Origin: Eledone cirrhosa
Taxonomy: Eukaryota
NCBI GenBank assembly: GCA_964016885.1
Contig: OZ024741.1
Location: forward strand, 51,460,001-51,524,000
DNA: 64,000 bases
Reading direction: 5' to 3'
The position numbers and the translations under genes are program-made. Below are positions 46,435 to 58,283 of the stretch, in pieces (position 1 is the stretch's first letter; every line of letters starts with the position of its first letter). The notes below the pieces were generated by a model. The model made no database searches and was not told where the DNA came from. It saw nothing but the letters and a program-made list of their open reading frames with translations.

Positions 46435-46823
46435 CGTTCACTGTTATATATATATATATGTGTCGTTCACTGTTATATATATATATATGTGTCGTTCACT
46501 GTTATATATATATAGGTGTCGTTCACTGTTATATATATATATGTGTCATTCACTGTTATATATATATATATGTGTCATTCACTGTTATATATATATATAT
46601 GTGTCGTTCACTGTTATATATATATATGTGTGGTTCACTGTTATATATATATATATATATGTGTGTCGTTCACTGTTATATATATATATATGTCGTTCAC
46701 TGTTATATATATATATATATGTGTCGTTCACTGTTATATATATATATGTGTGGTTCACTGTTATATATATATATGTGTCGTTCACTGTTATATATACATG
46801 TGTGGTTCACTGTTATATATATA

Positions 46824-47708
46824 CTAGCATTAAAGCCCGGCGTTGCTCGGGGTCATTAAGTTACCAAAGTTAGGTTGCACCAGCACTTTTTTGTTTGCCA
46901 GGCACTGGGTGAATGAATTGCAGACCTGGAAGCATGAGCTGCGCCAGCAGTGACAATTGTAGTTTCGCCTATGGATATTATCTCTGTGCAAAAAAGTGTT
47001 GAAATTTATTGTTTCACAGTACTTGCGCAACACGCGCGTAGACGATGCCAGCCGAACAACAGAGCTGCGATGGAGTTGTTCTGCATGGTTGTCTGTGTGT
47101 TTTCTAAATTTAAGACAGTAGGGAGGGTTGTGATATGATGGAGAGTTAGCTGTTGTTTCTAGCAGGTTTAGTGACCTCATAGAGGATATGTGTTTTCTAA
47201 ATTTAAGACAGTAGGGAGGGGTGTGATATGGGGGAGAGTTAGCTGCTGTTTCTAGCAGGTTTAGTAACCTCATAGAGGATATGTGTTTTCTAAATTTAAG
47301 ACAGTAGGGAGGGGTGTGATATGGGGGAGGGTTAGCTGCTGTTTCTAGCAGGTTTAGTGACCTCATAGAGGATATGTGTTTTCTAAATTTAAGACAGTAG
47401 GGAGTGGTGTGAACGGACAGTATCACCATCAAGCTTGGAAAGAGAAAGTAGCAGAAAGTATGAAGTTGTATAGATTTTGAATGGTAGTAGAAAGAGTTCA
47501 GCAGTTTAAATGACAGAGAAAAATCGTAAAATATTGAGTTTTATCTAAATTTTGCGTAATTGTGGGTGAAATTGAAAAAATTATCTGCGTCAAGACGCAA
47601 TCGAGACTGTTTCGGGTTGTGAGTGGTAAATTTCAATTGAATAATTTCTATATCGTAAATTTCTATAACGAAGGAGCATGACCACACACTGAGCTTTATA
47701 GATTATGA
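46824..47708 (-). mobile_element. Non-autonomous Helitron with an internal 93-bp tandem repeat (~3.4 copies, 47095-47410)
   Basis: A|CTAG, hairpin CCCGGCGTTGCTCGGG and right end TTTATAGATTATGA|T. Termini closely resemble 60196-63842. Confidence 0.88.
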
Positions 47709-48528
47709 TATATATGTGTGGTTCACTGTTATATATATATGTGTGTCGTTCACTGTTATATATATATGTGTGTGGTTCACTGTTATATATATATGTGTGT
47801 CGTTCACTGTTATATATATATGTGTGTCGTTCACTGTTATATATATGTGTGTCGTTCACTGTTATATATATGTGTGTCGTTCACTGTTATATATATATGT
47901 GTGTCGTTCACTGTTATATATATATATATGTGTGTCGTTCACTGTTATATATATATGTGTGTCGTTCACTGTTATATATATATATGTGTGTCGTTCACTG
48001 TTATATATATATATGTGTGTGGTTCACTGTTATATATATATGTGTGTCGTTCACTGTTATATATATATGTGTGTGGTTCACTGTTATATATATATGTGTG
48101 GTTCACTGTTATATATATATGTGTGTGGTTCACTGTTATATATATATATATATGGTTCACTGTTATATATATATATGTGTGTGTGGTTCACTGTTATATA
48201 TATATATGTGTGGTTCACTGTTATATATATATATATGTGGTTCACTGTTATATATATATATATATATATATATGTGGTTCACTGTTATATATATATATGT
48301 GTGGTTCACTGTTATATATATAAATATATGTGTGGTTCACTGTTATATATATATATGTGTGTGGTTCACTGTTATATATATATGTGTGTGGTTCACTGTT
48401 ATATATATATATATATATGTGTGTGGTTCACTGTTATATATATACATATATATATGTGTGTGTGGTTCACTGTTATATATATATATGTGTGGTTCACTGT
48501 TATATATATATATGTGTGTGGTTCACTG

Positions 48529-48559
<31 letters not shown>

Positions 48560-48570
48560 GGGTTCACTGT

Positions 48571-48601
<31 letters not shown>

Positions 48602-48666
48602 AGTTCACTGTTATATATATATATATGTGTGGTTCACTGTTATATATATATGTGTGTGGTTCACTG

Positions 48667-48698
<32 letters not shown>

Positions 48699-48705
48699 TT
48701 CACTG

Positions 48706-48738
<33 letters not shown>

Positions 48739-48779
48739 GTTCACTGTTATATATATATATATATATGTGTGGTTCACTG

Positions 48780-48827
<48 letters not shown>

Positions 48828-48883
48828 TTCACTGTTATATATATATATATATATATGTGTGGGTCACTGTTATATATATATAC

Positions 48884-49335
48884 ACACTTACACCTCTCCA
48901 AGACAATGTACTGGACTGAGATTTTGGCGCTATGCAGTAATACAGAAGACCCGCCTTGCCTAAGTACAAAGCGAAACTTACAGTCAGTAGGCACCTCTTA
49001 ACCAATTATACACCCCAATCCACTACCCCCACCCCACCCACCCCTTTCTATGTAAAGTTATGTTGGTATCACAACATCCAGTCCTAAATAAATGAGGTCG
49101 TGTAGGTGTCATGACAAAAAAATCACAGTCCACACTGTCATGTGGCCGTGTGGGTAACACGGTAAAAACCACCCAGTCCACACTGTAAACGTGGTTGGTG
49201 TTAGGAAGGGCATCCAGCCGTAGAAAACCCGCCAGACAGTCTTATACGAGCAAGACAACCAATCTTGCCTCAAGTGGGAAAACTCCCGTCCAAACTCATG
49301 CTAGCGTGGAAGATGGACGTTAAACGATGATGATA
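48884..49335 (+). mobile_element. 3' fragment of the RTE-like LINE family seen at 34547-35521
   Basis: Colinear with 35060-35510 (CACTTACACCTCTCCAAGACAATGT...GGACGTTAAACGATGATGAT). Confidence 0.88.
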
Positions 49336-49597
49336 ATATGTGTGGTTCACTGTTATATATATATATATATGTGGTTCACTGTTATATATATATATGTGTG
49401 GTTCACTGTTATATATATATATGTGTGGTTCACTGTTATATATATATATATATATATGTGTGGTTCACTGTTATATATATATATGTGTGGTTCACTGTTA
49501 TATATATATATATATGTGGTTCACTGTTATATATATATATGTGTGGTTCACTGTTATATATATATATGTGTGGTTCACTGTTATATATAAATATATA

Positions 49598-49843
49598 TCA
49601 TCATCATCATCATCATTTTACGTCTGCTTTTCCCTGCTTGCAAGGGTGGGACGGGTCTTATTCAGCACAGCATCTCTCCACTCATCACGGTCCCTCGTCA
49701 TCTCCACCGTGAGCTTCAATGATCCCAGGTCTGTTCTCACCACCTCCGCCCATGTTTTTCATGGTCTACCTCTACCACGTCTTCCTTCAACTGACATTTC
49801 CTGGCACTTCTTCACCCATCGGTCATCCTCCATGCGCATCACA
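49598..49843 (-). mobile_element. 3' fragment of the RTE-like LINE family seen at 58284-59506
   Basis: Near-identical reverse complement of ~59262-59506, including the (GAT)n tail. Confidence 0.92.
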
Positions 49844-49869
49844 TATATATATATATGTGTGGTTCACTG

Positions 49870-49900
<31 letters not shown>

Positions 49901-50591
49901 GTTCACTGTTGTATATATATATGTGGTTCACTGTTATATATATATGTGTGGTTCACTGTTATATATATGTGTGTGTGGTTCACTGTTATATATATATGTG
50001 TGTGGTTCACTGTTATATATATATATATATATATGTGGTTCACTGTTATATATATATGTGTGGTTCACTGTTATATATATATGTGTGGTTCACTGTTATA
50101 TATATGTGTGTGTGGTTCACTGTTATATATATATGTGTGTGGTTCACTGTTATATATATATATATATATATGTGGTTCACTGTTATATATATATGTGTGG
50201 TTCACTGTTATATATATATGTGTGGTTCACTGTTATATATATGTGTGTGTGGTTCACTGTTATATATATATGTGTGTGGTTCACTGTTATATATATATAT
50301 ATATATATGTGGTTCACTGTTATATATATATGTGTGGTTCACTGTTATATATATATGTGTGGTTCACTGTTATATATATGTGTGTGTGGTTCACTGTTAT
50401 ATATATATGTGTGTGGTTCACTGTTATATATATATATATATATGTGGTTCACTGTTATATATATATATGTGTGGTTCACTGTTATATATATGTGTGTGTG
50501 GTTCACTGTTATATATATATGTGTGTGGTTCACTGTTATATATATATGTGTGTGGTTCACTGTTATATATATATATATATGTGGTTCACTG

Positions 50592-50628
<37 letters not shown>

Positions 50629-51148
50629 GTTCACTGTTATATATATGTGTGTGTGGTTCACTGTTATATATATATGTGTGTGGTTCACTGTTATATATAT
50701 ATATATAAATATATATATGTGGTTCACTGTTATATATATATGCGTGGTTCACTGTTATATATATATATGTGTGGTTCACTGTTATATATAAATATGTGTG
50801 TGGTTCACTGTTATATATATATGTGTGGTTCACTGTTATATATATATGTGTGGTTCACTGTTATATATATATATGTGGTTCACTGTTATATATATATATA
50901 TATGTGTGGTTTGCTGTTATGTATATGTGTGTGTGGTTCACTGTTATATATATATATATATATGTGGTTCACTGTTATATATATATGTGTGGTTCACTGT
51001 TATATATATATGTGGTTCGCTGTTATATATATATATGTGTGTGGTTCACTGTTATATATATATATGTGTGTGGTTCACTGTTATATATATATATATATGT
51101 GTGTGGTTCACTGTTATATATATATATATATATATGTGTCGTTCACTG

Positions 51149-51185
<37 letters not shown>

Positions 51186-51510
51186 GTTCACTGTTATATA
51201 TATATATATATATATATATGTGGTTCACTGTTATATATATATATATATATGTGTGGTTCACTGTTATATATATATATGGTTCACTGTTATATATATATGT
51301 GTGTGGTTCACTGTTATATATATATATGTGTGTGGTTCACTGTTATATATATATATATGTGGTTCGCTGTTATATATATATATGTGTGTGGTTCACTGTT
51401 ATATATATATATGTGTGTGGTTCACTGTTATATATATATATATGTGTGTGGTTCACTGTTATATATATATATGTGTGTGGTTCACTGATATATATATATG
51501 TGGTTCACTG

Positions 51511-51546
<36 letters not shown>

Positions 51547-51572
51547 CAGTGAACCACATATATATATATATA

Positions 51573-51763
51573 TCATCATCATCATCATCATCGTTTAACG
51601 TCCATCTTCCACGCTTGCATGGGTTTGGACGGGAGTTTTCCCACTTGAGGCAAGAGTGGTTGTCCTGCTCGCATAGGACTGTCTGGCGGGTTTTCTACAG
51701 TTGGATGCCCTTCCTAACACCAACCACATTTACAGTGTGGGGCTTGGGAGGTTTTTACCGTGT
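51573..51763 (-). mobile_element. 3' UTR and tail fragment of the 34547-type LINE
   Basis: Reverse complement of ~35330-35520. Confidence 0.88.
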
Positions 51764-51903
51764 TATATATATATATATGTGGTTCACTGTTATATATATA
51801 TGTGTGTGGTTCACTGTTATATATATATATGTGTGTGGTTCACTGTTATATATATATATATGTGTGGTTCACTGGTATATATATATATATATATGGTTCA
51901 CTG

Positions 51904-51956
<53 letters not shown>

Positions 51957-52613
51957 GTTCACTGTTATATATATATATGTGGTTCACTGTTATATATATA
52001 TATGTGTGTGGTTCACTGTTATATATATATATATACAAACCCATTCAAGCGTCGAATATGGACGTTAAACGATGATGATGATGATATATATACGTACGTT
52101 ATTCCGGGTTGAATCGGAGGTAACCACAGTAAGTAAGGTACTCAATACATAGCAGAGTATAAAAGTTTTAATATAGATCAGATTCTACAGGACTATAACT
52201 GTTTAATTCTTTAAAAATCACAATATGTGTGTGGTTCACTGTTATATATATATGTGTGTGGTTCACTGTTATATATATATGTGTGGTTCACTGTTATATA
52301 TATATATATGTGGTTCACTGTTATATATATATATGTGTGGTTCACTGTTATATATATATATATATGTGTGTGGTTCACTGTTATATATGTGTGGTTCACT
52401 GTTATATATATATATATGTGGTTCACTGTTATATATATATGTGGTTCACTGTTATATATATATATATATGTGGTTCACTGTTATATATATATATATATGT
52501 GGTTCACTGTTATATATATATGTGTGGTTCACTGTTATATATATATGTGTGGTTCACTGTTATATATATATATATATGTGGTTCACTGTTATATATATAT
52601 ATGTGGTTCACTG

Positions 52614-52653
<40 letters not shown>

Positions 52654-52661
52654 CAGTGAAC

Positions 52662-52701
<40 letters not shown>

Positions 52702-53225
52702 GTTCACTGTTATATATATATGTGTGTGGTTCACTGTTATATATATATGTGTGTGGTTCACTGTTATATATATATGTGTGTGGTTCACTGTTATATATAT
52801 ATGTGGTTCACTGTTATATATATATGTGTGGTTCACTGTTATATATATATATGTGGTTCACTGTTATATATATATGTGTGGTTCACTGTTATATATATAT
52901 ATGTGTGGTTCACTGTTATATATATATATGTGTGGTTCACTGTTATATATATATGTGTGGTTCACTGTTATATATATATATATGTGTGGTTCACTTATAC
53001 ATATATATATATGTGTGGTTCACTGTTATATATATATATGTAGTTCACTGTTATATATATATATATATGGTTCACTGTTATATATATATGTGTGGTTCAC
53101 TGTTGTATATATATATATGTGTGGTTCACTGTTATATATATATATGTGTGTGTGGTTCACTCATATATATATATGTGTGGTTCACTGTTATATATATATG
53201 TGTGTAGTTCACTGTTATATATATA

Positions 53226-53573
53226 TTCAATCATTCCATTCATTTCATTTTTACGTCCGCTTTTTACCTGTTTGCAAGGGTGGGACGGGAAACTGATGCT
53301 GGCTTGATTTCTGCAGCTGGATGCCCTTCCTAACACCAACCTCATTTACAGTGAGTGCTGGGTGCTTTTTCGCCGTGGCACTTCCATGACAACTTTGCAG
53401 TGGAATGATATGAACCCCAGTCCCTATCATCTCATTTCTACAGCTGAGTAAACTGGAGCAATGTGAAATAAAGTGTCTTGCTCAAGGAAACAACACATCA
53501 CCCGGTCTGAGAATTGAACTCACAACCTTTCGATTGCAAGGCCAATGCTCTAACCACTAAGCCATGTGCCTCC
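53226..53573 (-). mobile_element. tRNA-derived SINE with an RTE-LINE-derived 3' end
   Basis: On -: head GGAGGCACATGGCTTAGTGGTTAGAGC (A box) ... GAGTTCAATTC (B box), core CCTTGAGCAAGACACTT, and 3' end CCCGTCCCACCCTTGCAAACAGG..AGCGGACGTAAAAATG shared with the LINE at 59451-59490. Confidence 0.85.
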
Positions 53574-53603
<30 letters not shown>

Positions 53604-53606
<3 letters not shown>

Positions 53607-54304
53607 CAATATTAACAAATGGAAACTATATTTATAAAACCATATTTATTTCATTATACATATTTCAAGGACACTAAGTTAAATTATGGTGTGCTTTCAT
53701 CAGATAAAATATAATATAGAGCAGTTTTATAAATAAATATTGACATACCCTTAAAGAATGCAACCATTACTTTTGGAAGCTGCCGGATAGTGGAGTTATA
53801 TCTTTAATTATACTATTAGGTAAGTTAGTATTGGATATTTTTAAATAAGCCGTTGGGTTACGGAGAAAGAGAAAGAGAGAGAGCAGAACAACAGATAGAA
53901 AAAAGAAAGAGAAAAAGAGAGAGAGAGAGGAGAAAGAGAAAAGATAGAGAGCGAAAACTCTAAGTCATATCTTGTTGAGTTATCTTAACATTTGCGATGA
54001 AATGAATAAATAAAATTAGAAATGTTAATAATCATGAATGGAAGATACATATATAATATGAGAAATTTAACCATTGTTTAAATATGATTAAATGTTTAGT
54101 TAAAATATTGAGATCAATACATTAAAAATTGAGATCTATATATTAAGAAATCTATATATTATTATTAAGAATATATATATTATTAAAAATCTATATATTA
54201 TAAGAAGAATATAACACATATACACATGCAAAAATACATACATAGAAACATATATACATACGTATAAATATATATACATATCTATCTACGTATATAATAT
54301 ATAC
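53604..54304 (-). repeat. Left pseudo-LTR (sense to the ORF, at its 3' end); inverted copy of 57268-57948
   Basis: For example CAAATGGAAACTATA..AAAACCATATTTATTTCA at 53616 is the reverse complement of 57901-57940; the two copies are colinear throughout with few differences. Confidence 0.95.
53647..53711 (-). ncRNA. Minimal type I hammerhead ribozyme (left pLTR copy)
   Basis: Reverse complement of 57843-57907, with one extra stem II mismatch (TAGTGT vs TGGTGT). Confidence 0.82.
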
Positions 54305-55253
54305 ATACAAAATATAAAGGATTTTTTAATTTAAGATATAGGAATCTTATAAAATCAGAGAAAATCATTTCAATGTAATATCAAAGCAGCGTGAAGGAAA
54401 ATTACGTTATTTAGTTATATAAATGTTACAATTGTTAAGATATTAAAGGAAATTTTATGTTATACACACTTTATGTTATACAAATTTTTTTTTTTTATAT
54501 AAGTTTTATAAGATTACCTGTTATGTAGTTATGACTGTTATTATATGTTTATTTGTCACGAACTTTGGGATAATCCCTATAAATAAGTGCAATCGAATTG
54601 TATGTATATACACATATATATACATACACAATTCCCACATATACATACATATATGTAACCACACAAATAGGTAGATATGCATCACATATATATATATACA
54701 TACAGATAGACATACACGCATAAAACATATGTACATGTATATCAATACACACATACATATATATATACACACATATATATATACACACATATAGAGAGAG
54801 AAGTATATATAAATACAGTACATAGTATAATTAAAGTACATAAAATACAAAAGAATTATATTACAATTTGGAAATATAATTATAAGCAATATAACTTTAA
54901 AACAATATAACTTTAAAAATATTATAGAATATTTTAAGTTATAATTTTAAAATAATAATATGTTTAATCAATTTAGTATAAACATTTTCTACGTATATTT
55001 AACTTAATTTTATATCCATAAGAGAAAGAAAAGAAAAAGAAACTTTCAAAAGATAAACTTTCGAAAATAGAAGAAACTATCAAAACATATTTTCCCCTTT
55101 TAGAGCTTTCAGTATATTTCTCTAGAAGAGTTTATTATATTTATTTATATTTAGGAAGAAAAGTTTTTTTTACTTGAGTGTCAAAAAATGAAGGAATCTA
55201 ATGATTTATCGATAGGTTCAATATATTAATAGAATTAATTAATTAATTATATA

Positions 55254-57265
55254 TTACATTTTAAATTTATATTTAAACGTTGAGTTCAATCTATGCCTAC
55301 AGTAACTGAATAAATTGTTCCTTAGGTGCAGGGAATTTTTGGTCTTTAATATAAAGAATATTTCCTCTATACAAAGATCACAATTTTCTGAAGAGGAGTT
55401 AAAAGGAGTAGCTTTTGAAATAATATTCCAAATCAACGAATATTCAACGTTCTTTAGTTCGAGGTCCCATAATAAGCTAGATAGAGAAGTTGATGATTTT
55501 TTTTGTTTGGATCCGTAAAAGAATTTTTATGATTATTGAAGCGGGATTTAAACTTTGTGGCAGTGAATCCCACATAATTAAATGAATTTAAATTAGTTTT
55601 TACATTACAATTATATACTATAAGCAATTGTTATTTAACGGACAGTTAGATTTATTTCTACAGTTACATTTATCAAATTGGATATTGCTTGCGTTATTAG
55701 TGGTATTTTGGTTAGGTTTTAAATTTCTATTATTAATTCTATTAATATTTTGCGTTAAGTTTTTGGTGGAAGAATAAGTTAATTTTATAGTATGTCTATT
55801 AAAAATTGAATAATATCTATGTGTTCTAGGGAAGCATTTGTCAAGAGCTTTAAAAAATAGTTTAGCAATAGGGGTTTTAATATTTAATGAGAAAGGAGGA
55901 GCGAACCATAATATATTCCTAGTTCTATTTCTTTTCTTGTTTTCGGAATTATTGTAAGGTTTTCTATTATAGTTGTTAAAATAGTTAAAATTGTTACGAT
56001 TATGGTTAGTTGTTATATTATTATTATCAATGTATTTAATTTTATTTCTATATCCAGCTCTACCTAATGCTTTGTTGTAATAATGTGCTTTTTCATCAAA
56101 TATATTCTTATTAGCTGAAATTCTCGAAATTCGTTCCTGTATAGAGTTCACTATAGTATTTTTAACGGATCTGGGGTGATTAGAGTTAAAATTGACGTAG
56201 TTTAAGTTCTCATTTAGTTTGTGAAATGGATAATGAAGACATGTGTTAAGGTTTAGTGTTACATCTAGAAAGTTAACTATTTTATGGTTATTCTCTATTT
56301 CTACTTTTAGATTAAGGTAATTAAAAAATTGTATAATTTGTTTTCTTTTTTTATTTAGTTCACAGTTATTATTTTCTATAAGTAAAAGCATGTCGTCACG
56401 ATATAAACCTCCGGTTATCTCAGGTATTTTCCTATGTAGAGAATTATTTATAAAGAGGCCCACAAGATCCGTTACCTGAGCGGAATCGGATGATCCCATA
56501 GTTATATCGAAGTTATTATTTCTATCTGCCCTAGTCCAGAGTTGGTTATTAAATTCTATTAATGTTTTCCGTGCCGATAATATAATGTGCATTTCATTGC
56601 TAGTTAAGTCTGTATGTTTAAATGCGTAAGTTAGTGCTTTATTCAGTAGATTAGGAGTGATAGATGAGTAATAGTTAACAATATCCAACTGAATAAACTT
56701 ATTATTATAGTTATATTTAATTTCCTTAAACCAATCGATAACTTCACTAGTTCCTTTCCATAATTTTAAATAAGATAAATTCTTAATTTGTGGTATTATT
56801 CTGTCTAAAATATTTTTGATAAGTCTGCCAAGGTCCGATTTAGATGGTGCAATTAATCTGACTGGTAAATCAGTTTCAAAGTTCTTTTGTGATCCTTCAT
56901 ATTAATTTTAGGTTTCTTTGGCATGAAGGGTTGTGTCTTATTTTCAATGCCTAGTTCATGCATTATATAAGAGGCATCTGTATTCAATTTTTCAAGGTCG
57001 TCATTATTTGCTACTTTGTATTTCTTCCTTAATTCCTTTAATATAAGATCGTTATAAATGTCCTTTTGTATTCCGTAAAGATTATTGGTTTTGTCAGACT
57101 TGACTAAAATTTTCTCCGTTTTCTCCAAGTTTTCAATATTATTTTTAATATTTCTTAAGTAATGCTGGCCTTTGAAGTTGTTTTTGAATTTGATGCTTTG
57201 GATGATAGATATGATTTCATTTTCAAAATCCATTAGTAGTTTGTTGGGGGGTGGATTTTTTTTAG
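55254..57265 (-). pseudogene. Frameshifted Penelope-like RT/GIY-YIG ORF
   Basis: Pieces 57233-56853, ~56870-55620, ~55620-55500 and ~55500-55254, joined by frameshifts near 56880, 55620 and 55500. Confidence 0.88.
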
Positions 57266-57267
57266 AT

Positions 57268-58040
57268 TTATATATTATATACGTAGATAGATATGTATAT
57301 ATATTTATATGTGTGTATATATGTTTGTATGTATGTATTTTTGCGTGTGTATATGTGTTATATTCTTCTTATAATATATAGATTTTTAATAATATATAGT
57401 CTTAATAATAATATATATAGATCTCAATTTTTAATGTATTGATCTCAATATTTTAACTAAACATTTAATCATATTTAAACAATGGTTAAATTTCTCATAT
57501 TATATATGTATCTTCCATTCATGATTATTAACATTTCTAATTTTATTTATTCATTTCATCTCAAATGTTAAGATAACTCAACAAGATATGACTTAGAGTT
57601 TTCGCTCTCTATCTTTTCTCTTTCTCCTCTCTCTCTCTCTTTTTCTCTTTCTTTTTTCTCTCTGTTGTTCTGCTCTCTCTTTCTCTTTCTCCGTAACCCA
57701 ACGGCTTATTTAAAAATATCCAATACTAACTTACCTAATAGTATAATTAAAGATATAACTCCACTATCCGGCAGCTTCCAACAGTAATGGTTGCATTCTT
57801 TAAGGGTATGTCAATATTTATTTATAAAACTGCTCTATATTATATTTTATCTGATGAAAGCACACCATAATTTAACTTGGTGTCCTTGAAATATGTATAA
57901 TGAAATAAATATGGTTTTATAATTATAGTTTCCATTTGTTAATATCGTATTTTTACTCCAATTATTTGTTGAGTGCTTTATATCAGTTATAAAAATATTT
58001 GCTTGTTGTACCCCAACAATTTAAATAGAACTTTTACATA
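57268..58040 (+). repeat. Right, inverted pseudo-LTR with a ~90-bp terminal extension
   Basis: Reverse complement of 53604-54304 up to 57948; it abuts the truncated ORF N-terminus (KNPPPNK). Confidence 0.9.
57843..57907 (+). ncRNA. Minimal type I hammerhead ribozyme (right pLTR copy), predicted cleavage after AUA at 57899
   Basis: Stem I TATTTTAT/ATGAAATA; core CTGATGA (57851); stem II AAGCACACCA/TGGTGTCCTT (9 of 10 pairs); GAAA (57888); self-complementary short stem III ATATGTAT. Such minimal hammerheads are established in Penelope-like pLTRs. Confidence 0.87.
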
Positions 58041-58283
58041 TTTATATATATATATATTTATATATATATATGTGTGTGGTTCACTGTTATAGATATATAT
58101 ATGTGGTTCACTGTTATATATATATGTGTGGTTCACTGTTATATATATATATATGTGTGTGTGTGGTTCACTGTTATATATATATGTGTGGTTCACTGTT
58201 ATATATATATATATATATGTGTGTGGTTCACTGTTATATATATATGTGTGTGGTTCACTGTTATATATATATATATATATATA

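Larger units (their letters stand above)
53604..58040 (-). mobile_element. Penelope-like retroelement (RT plus C-terminal GIY-YIG, probably Hydra clade), 5'-truncated, bounded by inverted pseudo-LTRs, inserted in (TA)n
   Basis: Motifs DIVNYYSSI, FDITMGS.DSAQV, GLYRDD, FLDVTL and SNHP, linker CNCR....CPL...CL, IVY...YVG..FKSRFNNH, and C-terminal CDLC...CRH. ~700-bp inverted repeats. Clade call is from recalled motifs. Confidence 0.9.

Noticed and set aside
53500-53573. tRNA gene
   Set aside because: A and B boxes are present but continue into a SINE core and LINE-type tail, with no convincing acceptor stem or terminator.
53604-57948. DNA transposon or Polinton suggested by long terminal inverted repeats
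   Set aside because: The interior encodes a Penelope-like RT and GIY-YIG rather than a transposase or integrase, and the repeats contain hammerheads.
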